A DNA stretch of 64,000 nucleotides from Escherichia phage vb_EcoM_bov9_1. The notes under the pieces are model-generated. The model worked only from the letters and a program-made list of their open reading frames with translations. It did no database searches and had not been told where the DNA came from. The stretch's first letter is position 1; every line of letters begins with the position of its first letter. Shown piece after piece: positions 38,334-48,165 of the stretch. The DNA lies in sequence record MT884006.2, one strand, 5' to 3'. The position numbers were made by a program, and so were the translations under genes.

Positions 38334-38603
38334 TTATCTAAGTAAACAGTATGCTTGAAACACTTTCTCCATCATCTTTTTAAATTCATGAATATCTATA
38401 TAATGACTAGTTAAATCAGCATGATATAAAAAGTCTAAAAACTTTTCATGTGTACTAACATATTCACTTTCATTTAATTCAGAAACATGGCTTTCCCAAT
38501 ATCCAACACCAGTCTTATTTGGGAAAAATGAAATTTTCATGTATTGGTCAACATAGAAAATGCCATAATTTTCAATAGTAATAGAAATATTAATAAATTT
38601 CAT
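38334..38603 (-). CDS. hypothetical protein
   Basis: 89-aa ORF. Confidence 0.45.
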   Translation of the reverse strand: MKFINISITIENYGIFYVDQYMKISFFPNKTGVGYWESHVSELNESEYVSTHEKFLDFLYHADLTSHYIDIHEFKKMMEKVFQAYCLLR

Positions 38604-38815
38604 ACATTCATCAACTTAGCCGCTTCAAGAGCTGCATCTAGTGAATCGAATTGGTCAACATATTCAATTAATTCGCCGTAATTAGCGTATAACCACCATT
38701 GGCTAAATTCATACTCAAGGATGAATCCGTTTCCTTCAATTTGAGTTAAACCAATGCCATTTGTATTTACTTCATATCCGGCAAGACGTAAATCGTTAAT
38801 AAGAGCTTCGTTCAT
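38600..38815 (-). CDS. hypothetical protein
   Basis: 71-aa ORF. Confidence 0.45.
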   Translation of the reverse strand: MNEALINDLRLAGYEVNTNGIGLTQIEGNGFILEYEFSQWWLYANYGELIEYVDQFDSLDAALEAAKLMNV

Positions 38816-38817
38816 AA

Positions 38818-39144
38818 TTATACCTTAGTAATTTTCAGGTCTGCAAATTTTTTCTTGCGTTGATTTTTCATGCGACGAATAGTTTTATCGGAAATTTCAT
38901 GCTTTTGATAAGCTTTAGATTCTACACCAAAAGCTTTAACATCAAATTCTGACAAGATATATTGAACCAGCAATTCACGGACAGTATTGCGTCCAATCTT
39001 CTGATCATTCTGTTTCATCATCTGATGAAGCTCTTTTTCCCATTTATCCAAAATTTGAGGAGTTACAATATCGCCTTTTTCTAACAAAGAAACTACTTTA
39101 TCATATGCGTAAGAATTGATGGCGTTTTTAATTTGAATAGTCAT
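38818..39144 (-). CDS. hypothetical protein
   Basis: 108-aa ORF. Confidence 0.45.
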   Translation of the reverse strand: MTIQIKNAINSYAYDKVVSLLEKGDIVTPQILDKWEKELHQMMKQNDQKIGRNTVRELLVQYILSEFDVKAFGVESKAYQKHEISDKTIRRMKNQRKKKFADLKITKV

Positions 39145-39180
39145 ACATTATCCTCAATTGCGTTAAAATTTTATTATCCA

Positions 39181-39198
39181 AAAAGGGCCGAAGCCCTT
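39181..39198 (-). terminator. hairpin with UUCG loop
   Basis: gggc-cgaa-gccc at the stop of the 39197..39397 ORF. Confidence 0.45.
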
Positions 39199-39397
39199 AG
39201 CTAAACTGTTTGGCGCCCTTCCAGCCTTCGTACATCATTGCGGCTGATATTAATATTGCTCCTGCGCATTTTGAATATTTGTGATTCCAAAACCAGTTCA
39301 GAAAAACTTCGTCATCAATACCTTGGGCTATCATATTTTCAAAGAACTGACGACGAGCTTCGGCAATTCGCTGCGATAATTTAGATTCAGGATTCAT
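39197..39397 (-). CDS. hypothetical protein
   Basis: 66-aa ORF. Confidence 0.45.
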   Translation of the reverse strand: MNPESKLSQRIAEARRQFFENMIAQGIDDEVFLNWFWNHKYSKCAGAILISAAMMYEGWKGAKQFS

Positions 39398-39613
39398 TTA
39401 AATTTCCCAATTGCCATTTTCATCAATAAATTTAATCCAGTCATTTACTGACCACTTAGTTGTATCGCCTTTTGGAGTAACATTTAAAGTATATAGCCCT
39501 TGCTTAAAAAGCATTCGTTTGATATTCATAATTTCCTCAGCTGTAACGATAACACTCGTTTGATTTACGTTTAGCAACTCGTTGAGAAGTATTATAATCA
39601 AAATCATCGTCAA
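39398..39613 (-). CDS. hypothetical protein (start likely internal near 39529)
   Basis: 71-aa track ORF overlapping the upstream gene; internal Met MNIKRML avoids the overlap. Confidence 0.4.
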   Translation of the reverse strand: MTMILIIILLNELLNVNQTSVIVTAEEIMNIKRMLFKQGLYTLNVTPKGDTTKWSVNDWIKFIDENGNWEI

Positions 39614-39869
39614 TGTAAACTGATTTTTTCAACTTTCTTACTTCACCACGTAATTGGCGATTTAGCTCATCTTTAACTTCTGAATCAATACCTTTCATTC
39701 TACGCCATTTATCTGAGCGAAAAATGTTTTCAACCATATCTTTATGACTTACACCATCAGGAGCTTTACGCTTTCCGAAATAGTCATAATCACGTACTTT
39801 TAAATCTTTACGACGATACGTTTTACCCATGGAGTTTAATTTCCTTAGCAACTGAACTAAATGCAGCAC
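39537..39869 (-). CDS. hypothetical basic protein
   Basis: 110-aa ORF. Confidence 0.45.
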   Translation of the reverse strand: MLHLVQLLRKLNSMGKTYRRKDLKVRDYDYFGKRKAPDGVSHKDMVENIFRSDKWRRMKGIDSEVKDELNRQLRGEVRKLKKSVYIDDDFDYNTSQRVAKRKSNECYRYS

Positions 39870-40005
39870 GATCGCAAATCATGCGTTTATGTAACTTGAG
39901 TATAATATAGCAAACTTCAAAACTATTTACATGAGTAACGCGAACAGCATTACCATTAATAAGATAATACTGTCCCTTTTTAATTTCTTTATCAATCATA
40001 ACCAT
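39823..40005 (-). CDS. hypothetical protein
   Basis: 60-aa ORF. Confidence 0.4.
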   Translation of the reverse strand: MVMIDKEIKKGQYYLINGNAVRVTHVNSFEVCYIILKLHKRMICDRAAFSSVAKEIKLHG

Positions 40006-40035
40006 ATCAATTCCTCAAAGGCAATTCATGTGTTA

Positions 40036-40065
40036 ATAATACCACGGTTTGAACTTGTTGTAAAC
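40036..40065 (-). promoter_or_regulatory. T4-type early promoter
   Basis: minus-strand GTTTAC-18-TGgTATTAT. Confidence 0.5.
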
Positions 40066-40145
40066 AACTTTGTGAAAAATATTTTAGGGAATGATAAGAA
40101 AGGAACGATAGCTTAGAATGGTAATATACAGAATGTAAGAAAGAA

Positions 40146-40160
40146 AGGCCCAGAGGGCCC
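40146..40160 (-). terminator. terminator hairpin downstream of nrdH
   Basis: ggccc-aga-gggcc. Confidence 0.45.
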
Positions 40161-40163
40161 ATC

Positions 40164-40487
40164 TTAGTCTTCTATGATATCTCTATCATATCCAAGTGAA
40201 ATGAGAGTTTCTTTGAAGTGTTTAATGTTCTTTTGTCTGGAATCATTAATGAAAATGACTGGATAACGAATGTTAAGAGATGTGAATCCAGCGCGTTTAG
40301 CAAGAGATACAATCAGTTGACGATCATACTCAATCTTACCATTATTAGTAAGAACTTTATAAAAAGTAAAAGGAACATTGAGCTCCTTTAGAAGTTTTGT
40401 AACTGATTGACATCCAGGACAACGACCTACTTCATCTGGAATTCCATAGACTTCAATCTTATTCTTTAAGTTCGAGTTTTGTTCCAC
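40164..40487 (-). CDS. nrdH: glutaredoxin-like protein NrdH (CPGC active site); start codon uncertain
   Basis: track ORF 40164..40616; conserved part begins KIEVYGIPDEVGRCPGCQ; no in-frame ATG close upstream, candidate GTG start; the upstream gene ends just before. Confidence 0.6.
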   Translation of the reverse strand: MEQNSNLKNKIEVYGIPDEVGRCPGCQSVTKLLKELNVPFTFYKVLTNNGKIEYDRQLIVSLAKRAGFTSLNIRYPVIFINDSRQKNIKHFKETLISLGYDRDIIED

Positions 40488-40770
40488 GAGAAATAATTCC
40501 TTGGTAAGCCCAATAAGGAGGATTAACAGAATCCTCACCAGAGTTTTCTTCAGGAAAATAAACCTGGATAACGAAGCCGGATTCATCAAAGGTAAAATAA
40601 ACCGTAGGCAGTTCACCTAACAAATCGGCACGAGCGTTGATTTCTTCGAGGTCTTGTTCACGTCCAGCCCAGAAGCTTGGGTTCAGACTACATTCATAGA
40701 AATAATAGTCATTACCGAACATATCAAAACCATTCCAACTCTCTACTACATACCGCTCAAAACTAATCAT
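40459..40770 (-). CDS. hypothetical protein
   Basis: 103-aa ORF. Confidence 0.5.
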   Translation of the reverse strand: MISFERYVVESWNGFDMFGNDYYFYECSLNPSFWAGREQDLEEINARADLLGELPTVYFTFDESGFVIQVYFPEENSGEDSVNPPYWAYQGIISRGTKLELKE

Positions 40771-40772
40771 AA

Positions 40773-40988
40773 TTAATCCTTTTTATCAAGAACCGCATTC
40801 AGCTTGTTAGTAATTTTATCCAGACGCTCATTGAACTCACTAGAAGATAAGCCCTTTTCTGGAGAAATTAAACTAATCACGAAAAATACAACAATAAAAG
40901 GAATAAGAAAAATAGCTCCAACTGCCATAAACAGAAAGAACGTTACAGTTGTAAGAAAATCAGCTAAACCTTTACGAAATTTATACAT
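40773..40988 (-). CDS. small membrane protein
   Basis: 71-aa ORF with hydrophobic core. Confidence 0.45.
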   Translation of the reverse strand: MYKFRKGLADFLTTVTFFLFMAVGAIFLIPFIVVFFVISLISPEKGLSSSEFNERLDKITNKLNAVLDKKD

Positions 40989-41103
40989 ATTTTACCCTTA
41001 ATTGATTAACCAAGCATTGATAAGCACTAAACTATATTGCGAATAAAATTCTGGACCAAAATGAAAAATCATATCATTTATAGTGTCCATAATATAATTC
41101 AAT

Positions 41104-41574
41104 TTAATCATGTTTCCACACCCCATCGGTATTTGACCAAAGTCGCTGATTATCTGATCCTCGCCACAGCTTTTTAGTCGGAAGATTTTTCTCATACTTC
41201 CCATCAATAATAACATCAACATATTTAAGCATTTCTAGTTGTTTAATATCTTCAAACTTATATCCTGTCCACAACCAAATGCTTTTATTGGGATAAAGAT
41301 TTTTTACTGTTTGAACCACAGAGTGAATCACGTCTCTGTTATCAGGATAAAGAGGGTCACCTCCGGTTATAGTTAATCCTTCTATATAATCATTATTCAA
41401 ACATTCAATTAATTGTTCTAGTGTTTCACCAGTGAATGGAATACCATTTCTAGCATTCCATGTTGATTTATTATAACACCCTTCGCATTTATGCAAACAA
41501 CCTGTAACGAAAAGAACGACCCTGCATCCAGGGCCATTCACAAAATCGCAAGGATAAAATCTATCATAATTCAT
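41104..41574 (-). CDS. nrdG: anaerobic ribonucleotide reductase activating protein NrdG (radical SAM)
   Basis: 156-aa ORF; CxxxCxxC cluster (CLHKCEGC); size matches T4 NrdG. Confidence 0.9.
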   Translation of the reverse strand: MNYDRFYPCDFVNGPGCRVVLFVTGCLHKCEGCYNKSTWNARNGIPFTGETLEQLIECLNNDYIEGLTITGGDPLYPDNRDVIHSVVQTVKNLYPNKSIWLWTGYKFEDIKQLEMLKYVDVIIDGKYEKNLPTKKLWRGSDNQRLWSNTDGVWKHD

Positions 41575-43388
41575 TGGTGTTTAACCCTATGCATGATTTC
41601 TTTATTTTTACCGAGATTAAATCCGCGTTCGTTCGGATTTCCCAAATAACCACATGTTCTTCTTATTGTGTTCATCTTTTTAGGATCAGTTTCTCCACAA
41701 ATAGAACAAACAAATCCGTTTTCAGTAGGAGTCATTTCATGGGTACTTCCACATGTAAAACATTTATCTACTGGCATATTAACACCAAAATAATCTAAAT
41801 GTTGTGCAGCATAATCCCATACGGCCTCAAGGCCTTTCAAGTTATTTTTCATATCAGGAAGTTCAACATAAGAAATGTGACCACCTGTCGCAATGAAATG
41901 ATATGGCGCTTCACGAGAAATCTTTTCAAACGGAGTAATATTTTCTTCTACTGAAACGTGGAAACTGTTAGTGTACCAGCCTTTATCGGTAACATCTTTT
42001 ACACTTCCATATCTTTCTGTATCAAGTTTACAGAAGCGATAACAAAGGTTTTCAGCAGGAGTAGAATACAAACTAAAAGCAAACCCAGTTCTTTCAGTCC
42101 ACTGTTTAAGACGAGCATTCATTTTAGTTAAAATTTCTCGTCCAATATCACGACCGACAAGAATATTCAATTCGTGAATACCAATGTATCCTAGAGACAC
42201 TGAACTTCTGCCATTTTTAAATAACTCAATTATATCGTCATCAGGTTTAAGACGAACCCCGAATGCACCTTCTTGGTAAAGAATAGGAGCAACAGTTGCT
42301 TTAACTCCTTTTAAGGAACTAATTCTACACATCAAAGCTTCAAAACACAAATCCATTCGCTCATTGAACAATTCGATAAATTTCTGTTCATTGAACTGTG
42401 TTCCAATATAAGAATCTAATGCGATACGAGGAAGATTCAGTGTTACAACACCGAGATTATTACGTCCATCAAGAATTTCATTACCGGTTGAATCTTTCCA
42501 CACACTCAAAAAACTGCGGCAACCCATTGGAGAAACAGGAATAGATGAGCCGGTGATAGCTTTATTGTTCTTAGCTGAAATAATATCAGGATACATTCTT
42601 TTGCTTGCGCACTCTAAAGCAAGCTGTTTAATATCATAGTTCGGATCGTCTTTATAAAGATTAACACCTTCTTCAACAAACATAACAAGCTTAGGGAAAA
42701 TAGGAGTTATCCCATCACGACCAAGACCTTTAATACGATTTTTCAGAATTGCTTTCTGAATCATTCGTTCAGTCCAGTCAGTTCCTGTACCAAATGTAAT
42801 TGTTACAAAAGGTGTTTGTCCGTTTGAACTAAAGAGAGTATTTACTTCATATTCATAAGCTTGGAATGCATCGTATACGTCTTTTTCTGTTTTAGACTGG
42901 GCATAATTCAACGCATCAGTGATTTGCCATTTTTCTGCATCCTCAATATGTTTTGCATAGGTGCGTTTAACATAAGGAGAAAGTACTTTATCTACATTCG
43001 CAAAAGTCGTTCCGCCATATTGATGGGAAGCAACCTGTGCAGTAATTTGCGCCATAATTGCAGTAGCAACTCCAATTGATTTAGGAGTTTCAATCTGTGC
43101 ATTACCTAGCTTAAATCCGTTTTCAAGCATTCCTTTTAAATCTACTAAACAACAATTAGTAAATGGAAGAGCAGGGGAATAATCAATATCGTGGAAATGG
43201 ATAATTCCGCTTTCATGCGCTTTCATAATAAAAGACGGGACCATATTTTTGGCAATGTGTTTAGACACAATACCAGCCATAAGGTCCCGTTGAGTTGGAA
43301 AAACACGAGAATCTTTATTAGCATTCTCGTTTAAAAGGTCTTTATTAGTTTTATGAATCAATCCTTCAATTTCTTTTTCAATTGTCAT
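41571..43388 (-). CDS. nrdD: anaerobic ribonucleoside-triphosphate reductase NrdD (glycyl radical enzyme), uninterrupted
   Basis: 605-aa ORF; C-terminal zinc ribbon CFTCGS...CSICG and glycyl radical motif RTCGYLG; continuous frame, no intron. Confidence 0.93.
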   Translation of the reverse strand: MTIEKEIEGLIHKTNKDLLNENANKDSRVFPTQRDLMAGIVSKHIAKNMVPSFIMKAHESGIIHFHDIDYSPALPFTNCCLVDLKGMLENGFKLGNAQIETPKSIGVATAIMAQITAQVASHQYGGTTFANVDKVLSPYVKRTYAKHIEDAEKWQITDALNYAQSKTEKDVYDAFQAYEYEVNTLFSSNGQTPFVTITFGTGTDWTERMIQKAILKNRIKGLGRDGITPIFPKLVMFVEEGVNLYKDDPNYDIKQLALECASKRMYPDIISAKNNKAITGSSIPVSPMGCRSFLSVWKDSTGNEILDGRNNLGVVTLNLPRIALDSYIGTQFNEQKFIELFNERMDLCFEALMCRISSLKGVKATVAPILYQEGAFGVRLKPDDDIIELFKNGRSSVSLGYIGIHELNILVGRDIGREILTKMNARLKQWTERTGFAFSLYSTPAENLCYRFCKLDTERYGSVKDVTDKGWYTNSFHVSVEENITPFEKISREAPYHFIATGGHISYVELPDMKNNLKGLEAVWDYAAQHLDYFGVNMPVDKCFTCGSTHEMTPTENGFVCSICGETDPKKMNTIRRTCGYLGNPNERGFNLGKNKEIMHRVKHQ

Positions 43389-43858
43389 TTTAAACTCTTT
43401 CTAAGCTGCTTCTTAAATGAAGCTATTAACTGTGTTTTAGTGTCAGATTCATTATATTCAAATCCTCTTTGAAGCATCTCAGCCATCATTTCCTCTTTTC
43501 CTAAACGAGAAAATTCCTTTGATTTATCTCCAACGAAGTTAGGGTGAATATTATTTTGGGTGTAATCGGATTTTAAATAAGTAAGTAAATTTTCTAACCA
43601 TTCAAGATAATCAACACCTTGTCCCTTTAAGCCAGAACGATTAAATTTATGCTTCATTTGACCTTCTGCGGCATTGCAGAGATTACAAAGCAATCCACGC
43701 ACCTTTCCTGCTTTTGGTCCATTTAATTCATGGTCATGGTCGAGGTGATTAGCTTGAACGTCAGGATTTAGTTCTCGTTGGCAAATTAAGCATTTACCAT
43801 TTTGTGCATCATAAAATTTCTGTTTTTCTTCTTTATATAATTTGCCAGTCAATAACAT
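43385..43858 (-). CDS. 49: endonuclease VII (Holliday junction resolvase)
   Basis: 157-aa ORF; sequence recognisably T4 endo VII (CLICQ...HLDHDH...CNLCN). Confidence 0.92.
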   Translation of the reverse strand: MLLTGKLYKEEKQKFYDAQNGKCLICQRELNPDVQANHLDHDHELNGPKAGKVRGLLCNLCNAAEGQMKHKFNRSGLKGQGVDYLEWLENLLTYLKSDYTQNNIHPNFVGDKSKEFSRLGKEEMMAEMLQRGFEYNESDTKTQLIASFKKQLRKSLK

Positions 43859-43900
43859 AATAAAACCCTTACCTTAAATAGATAAGGGTATTTATTATTT

Positions 43901-44386
43901 TCAAGTATTGTAAAACATTTGATGCAATCGCTTATATTGCTGAATCATTCGGTCAGAAAAAGAAATTTGAGTTTCAAGCCATTCAATGTATTCTGCGGCA
44001 GCTTGCATCAGGTTACCTTCATAGCCATCGTTATTTTCTTGCGCAGCTAATTTAGCTAATGCGTATGAAATACGTTCACCTTGAAAATCGGCTTTAGGCT
44101 TCTGAACAACTTGATTAGTTCGCTCTACAACTTCTTCAATTTCGCCATTTTCAACGGATTCAGTATTCCATAAGCACCAATACGTAATTGGCTTATCGTA
44201 GATGTTAATAATCTTTCCATCAGAAAGTTCAATTTCAATAATTCCAGTATCAGGCTCTATATCATCTTCACATTCTTTTGCAAGTTCACGAACTTTAAAG
44301 ACAGTACCTGCACTAAGTTCCGGCCAGTAATTACACAGCCCTGTATCAGCACGATTAATTCTAAACCACTTATCTACTGTAATCAT
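43901..44386 (-). CDS. pin: protease inhibitor Pin (candidate)
   Basis: track ORF 43901..44404; start at internal MITVDK gives 161 aa as in T4 Pin; position after gene 49. Confidence 0.5.
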   Translation of the reverse strand: MITVDKWFRINRADTGLCNYWPELSAGTVFKVRELAKECEDDIEPDTGIIEIELSDGKIINIYDKPITYWCLWNTESVENGEIEEVVERTNQVVQKPKADFQGERISYALAKLAAQENNDGYEGNLMQAAAEYIEWLETQISFSDRMIQQYKRLHQMFYNT

Positions 44387-44509
44387 GTCCCATCTCCATA
44401 TCAATTAAGTCATTTATCGTTGGTTCATTATACACCGTTTCTTCATCAGTGTAAACCGGTTCTTCCGGCTCTGGCTCTACAGTTTCCCATCTAGCCGCCC
44501 ACCAAGGTT

Positions 44510-44830
44510 TTATAGCGTAATCCATTCTCTTACTGTCTGAGTTACTACACGTTCTCGAAGCTCAACCAGTTCAACGGTAGGAACTGCATAATACCAATCA
44601 GAATGGTAAGAACCTGAGCGAGATTCATTTACAGCCACATGTACATTATGTTTTGGACTAAAATAAACACACTGACGATATTGGCATTTACCATCTTGCA
44701 CCCAGTCTTCTATTTCGACAGGTTTAAGATAATCGGAAAAATCGAAATCATAGTTTTCTGAAAATGCATCATGGTCTTCAATGATTTCACTCAGAACTGC
44801 ATCAACATCTAATTTATTTTCAATAGTCAT
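44510..44830 (-). CDS. hypothetical protein
   Basis: 106-aa ORF. Confidence 0.45.
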   Translation of the reverse strand: MTIENKLDVDAVLSEIIEDHDAFSENYDFDFSDYLKPVEIEDWVQDGKCQYRQCVYFSPKHNVHVAVNESRSGSYHSDWYYAVPTVELVELRERVVTQTVREWITL

Positions 44831-44840
44831 TTTTCACCAA

Positions 44841-45050
44841 TTAATTTCGCAATTTATTAAGTTCTTCATAATCAATCCAGGATTCTAATCCTGATGGCAA
44901 ATCAGATTCAATTTCCCAAAGAAGTTCTTCAATTTTATGAAGACGATCTAGTTCTTCAGCAGGAATAGTAACCATTGACGGAGCTCTTGCTACATTAATA
45001 TCGTAAATCATATTTACCCCAGTTTGACCATACAATCGCCGTATTTCCAC
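44841..45050 (-). CDS. hypothetical protein
   Basis: 69-aa ORF. Confidence 0.4.
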   Translation of the reverse strand: MEIRRLYGQTGVNMIYDINVARAPSMVTIPAEELDRLHKIEELLWEIESDLPSGLESWIDYEELNKLRN

Positions 45051-45229
45051 TTAGAAATAGACTTTTCACCGTTAGAATAATAAACTTCAAGTTTAGCACG
45101 ATTATTTTTAATTTGAATAACCTTTGCTGTCATCAAAGTTCCATACCCATAATAAACTGCAACTTCATCACCTACATATACCGCGCTTCCGCGGTAATCG
45201 TGAATATAGTCAGTTCCTTCGAGCATCAT
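45014..45229 (-). CDS. hypothetical protein
   Basis: 71-aa ORF. Confidence 0.4.
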   Translation of the reverse strand: MMLEGTDYIHDYRGSAVYVGDEVAVYYGYGTLMTAKVIQIKNNRAKLEVYYSNGEKSISKWKYGDCMVKLG

Positions 45230-45489
45230 TTAAAATATTCTCGCAGTTGGTCAAATCCACCAATATGACTTCCATCAGGAGCAAATACTTGTGGCATTGT
45301 CAAACCAATTTGAGTATCACGACCTAGTTTAGCCAGAAGCTCAGCGATTTTCTCATCATCAAAAACACCTTTTTCCGGCATAATGTTGATAAATTCAAAC
45401 GGCTGTTTCTTCACGGTCAAAAGACGTTTTGCATTATCGCAATACACACATTTATGAATGTTGCTATCATAACCATATACTTTAAACAT
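45226..45489 (-). CDS. nrdC: thioredoxin/glutaredoxin NrdC
   Basis: 87-aa ORF; CVYC active site; size equals T4 NrdC. Confidence 0.85.
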   Translation of the reverse strand: MFKVYGYDSNIHKCVYCDNAKRLLTVKKQPFEFINIMPEKGVFDDEKIAELLAKLGRDTQIGLTMPQVFAPDGSHIGGFDQLREYFK

Positions 45490-45490
45490 A

Positions 45491-45733
45491 TTATTCCTTA
45501 ATTCCTAGTACTCGTTTAAAAGTCTCGTCGTAATCAAGACTTTGGCCCGTTTGTTCTTTATGTTTGTATATAATATCACTTACTTCTGATAGCATATTTT
45601 TATATGAACGAGTTAAAGCAGATTTAAGCACGCTGTATCTATCAGGAAATTTACCATGTTCATTATAATACGCTATTGCTAATTCACGGACTGCCTTTTC
45701 AGCAGTCTCCATATATTCTTTACGCTTTGTCAT
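45491..45733 (-). CDS. hypothetical protein
   Basis: 80-aa ORF. Confidence 0.45.
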   Translation of the reverse strand: MTKRKEYMETAEKAVRELAIAYYNEHGKFPDRYSVLKSALTRSYKNMLSEVSDIIYKHKEQTGQSLDYDETFKRVLGIKE

Positions 45734-45735
45734 TT

Positions 45736-46125
45736 TTAATCCAAAATATTATTAGGCATTGGTTGAACACTCACAAGTTCTTTAAAGAACTCAGTAGAAT
45801 CAGGCAATTTAACCATTTCCGGAGCATGCTTATTAAATTTATGTTTACAATGACGGCATTTATATTCAAGCTCTGGTTTACGCCAGTTAATCAATTGAAC
45901 TTGTTCAGTACCGCATTCAGGGCAATTAGGAACGTTTTTAGAAGCTCTTTCACGTCGTTCAACCATAGCCATAATAGCATCCCATGCTGGAGGTTTAAAA
46001 TCTAAATCGTCGCAGCCGTGAATCTTTCCACGCATTTCCATATCATCTTCCTCACCAGCCATAATAATTTTAATTAAACTGGAATTACTTGAAGCTGCAA
46101 TGTCTTCTAATAAACGCTTTTTCAT
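45736..46125 (-). CDS. zinc-ribbon protein (CPECG...CRHCKH)
   Basis: 129-aa ORF. Confidence 0.5.
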   Translation of the reverse strand: MKKRLLEDIAASSNSSLIKIIMAGEEDDMEMRGKIHGCDDLDFKPPAWDAIMAMVERRERASKNVPNCPECGTEQVQLINWRKPELEYKCRHCKHKFNKHAPEMVKLPDSTEFFKELVSVQPMPNNILD

Positions 46126-47051
46126 TTCAATACCTCAATAGCATTACGTAAACCATTTGCTTTTGCATTAAGAGCTTTTAACAATTTGGTGTGTTCTGCA
46201 ATTTGGGCTTCAACTCCAATCAAACGGGCATTGAGATATTCACGTTCTTCACTCAGATTATCAACCTTTTCTACTTTAGGCTCTTTTACAACTGTCTTAT
46301 ATGTATTAGGGTTCTTCAGTTTAATTAGAATGCGTGAACTGTATAACATTGAACCATTATCTTCGGTTTCGTCATACATTTCCACTACGTCCATAATTTT
46401 TAACATCATGCGGAGTTTATAAGACAACGAACGAATAGTTTTGTTGTGCTTATTAATTTCTTTAGCTGTCATGGTGCCAAGATTACGTGAGTAATAATAA
46501 GGAACCTGGATATTAATTAATACTGATGAACCACCTGGCTTGTGTGTTACTTCATCAGCAATAACCCAGTCCTTAACATGAACTGTATTTGTACGGTCAT
46601 CGCCCGCGGTAAATAGTTTGCGAGCATGCTTAAAAAGCATATTCACTTGGTCATTGAATTGACAAGCAAATTTATCAGCAAATTTAGTTTCAGGAATGGT
46701 AGAAAACCAATCAGCCAAATGAGTCTTTTTAACATCATTAACAATAGTAAATTCAACCAAATCGGTTATAGATGTCTCAGATTTAATGAAGCTCGGCTTC
46801 ATAAAGTTTTTAATGTTCTCATGAGCTACAGTAGAAGATAACATACGAGAACGTTTAAACCATTCAAGCAAATTGCCTAACGAATGAGAATAAGCGTTTT
46901 GAGTATCTTTACAGATATGATTTTCCTGGCTAACATATTGAAGGAAATCACGAAGAATATTATTGATTACTGCTCTGTGTCCGATCTGATAATTACGATG
47001 TTTAGTAATAAGACTGTCAAAATAATCAATATAATGTTTACGAGTTTTCAT
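46122..47051 (-). CDS. hypothetical protein with C-terminal coiled-coil tail
   Basis: 309-aa ORF ending in a heptad-like segment. Confidence 0.5.
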   Translation of the reverse strand: MKTRKHYIDYFDSLITKHRNYQIGHRAVINNILRDFLQYVSQENHICKDTQNAYSHSLGNLLEWFKRSRMLSSTVAHENIKNFMKPSFIKSETSITDLVEFTIVNDVKKTHLADWFSTIPETKFADKFACQFNDQVNMLFKHARKLFTAGDDRTNTVHVKDWVIADEVTHKPGGSSVLINIQVPYYYSRNLGTMTAKEINKHNKTIRSLSYKLRMMLKIMDVVEMYDETEDNGSMLYSSRILIKLKNPNTYKTVVKEPKVEKVDNLSEEREYLNARLIGVEAQIAEHTKLLKALNAKANGLRNAIEVLK

Positions 47052-47105
47052 GTTCTTCTCACTTGGTTAATGATTTATACTCCGAGCCATCCTTGGCTTT
47101 AAATT

Positions 47106-48137
47106 TTACTTAATTAACTGTAAAGCCTGTTCTAAACGATCAAGACGATTAACAGATTCTTCCCAAATCCTTTTAGCCTGCTCATATTCTTTCTGCGCTT
47201 TATTAGAAATTTCTAGAACTTCTTTATAAGCTTTTTCTAATGCAATAACTTCTGGACGAATTTCTACCTGTTCAGGTGAATCATCAAGACATTCCATTAG
47301 TTCCTCAAGGGTAGTTTCTTCTTTAGGAGTATTCACAATTTCATCACATTTTTGTTGGTAAATTTCTTTATTAGTCGGTGAGTACGCACACTTTACTTCA
47401 CGAAGACTAATTATAATTTTATATCCTTCCCATCCACACATATTTTTGAAAGGATATGTATGAATACTTTTTACAGTTTCCATACAGCCCAAAGCCGTCT
47501 CTAATTGATGAGTTATAGTGCTAGCAATTGAGAAAAATTTATTAATGTTCTTTTGATTAGCTGCTGGTGTAAAAAATCCATAATTCACAAAAATAGCTAC
47601 TTTATTTTTATCAAGCTCATATTCTTTTACGATAATCATATCAGAAGCCAAAGGATGAATTTGACGATAATCGCCATAACATAATTTAGAAGCTGATTTT
47701 AGAATTTGTCCTTTGAAAAGTCTGAAATTACTAATCCAACGACGAGTAAAAATATTCTCAGGGTCTTCTTTGATATTAAGATGATAAGAATTAACATCAC
47801 CGAACCAATTATATCCTACTACATCTTTGGTTCGTTTAATTTCTTTCCCAAAATTACCAAGAATATCCCGATTAACCAAATATGAAAGAAGACGAGATCC
47901 TTTAAAGGTTTTCTTAATGGCATCTTTATTTGTACGACTAGAAATTTCATGAACTTCATGAATAAATTTGCCGGAAGAAACAATACTTGCATCAATATTA
48001 TTGAGCCATTGATTGATAATAGAAAGAACACTATTTTGGCCAAACAGCGGTATAACTTTATCATCAATAACGCTATTGAATGATTTGATATATTCGTTAC
48101 GAGTCATATTAATCTCCTCAGTAGAAAGTAAGAACAT
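47106..48137 (-). CDS. hypothetical protein with C-terminal coiled-coil tail
   Basis: 343-aa ORF. Confidence 0.5.
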   Translation of the reverse strand: MFLLSTEEINMTRNEYIKSFNSVIDDKVIPLFGQNSVLSIINQWLNNIDASIVSSGKFIHEVHEISSRTNKDAIKKTFKGSRLLSYLVNRDILGNFGKEIKRTKDVVGYNWFGDVNSYHLNIKEDPENIFTRRWISNFRLFKGQILKSASKLCYGDYRQIHPLASDMIIVKEYELDKNKVAIFVNYGFFTPAANQKNINKFFSIASTITHQLETALGCMETVKSIHTYPFKNMCGWEGYKIIISLREVKCAYSPTNKEIYQQKCDEIVNTPKEETTLEELMECLDDSPEQVEIRPEVIALEKAYKEVLEISNKAQKEYEQAKRIWEESVNRLDRLEQALQLIK

Positions 48138-48165
48138 TATACCACATCCTTGTGGCGAAGTAAAC
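48137..48165 (-). promoter_or_regulatory. T4-type early promoter
   Basis: minus-strand GTTTAC-17-TGgTATAAT. Confidence 0.6.
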
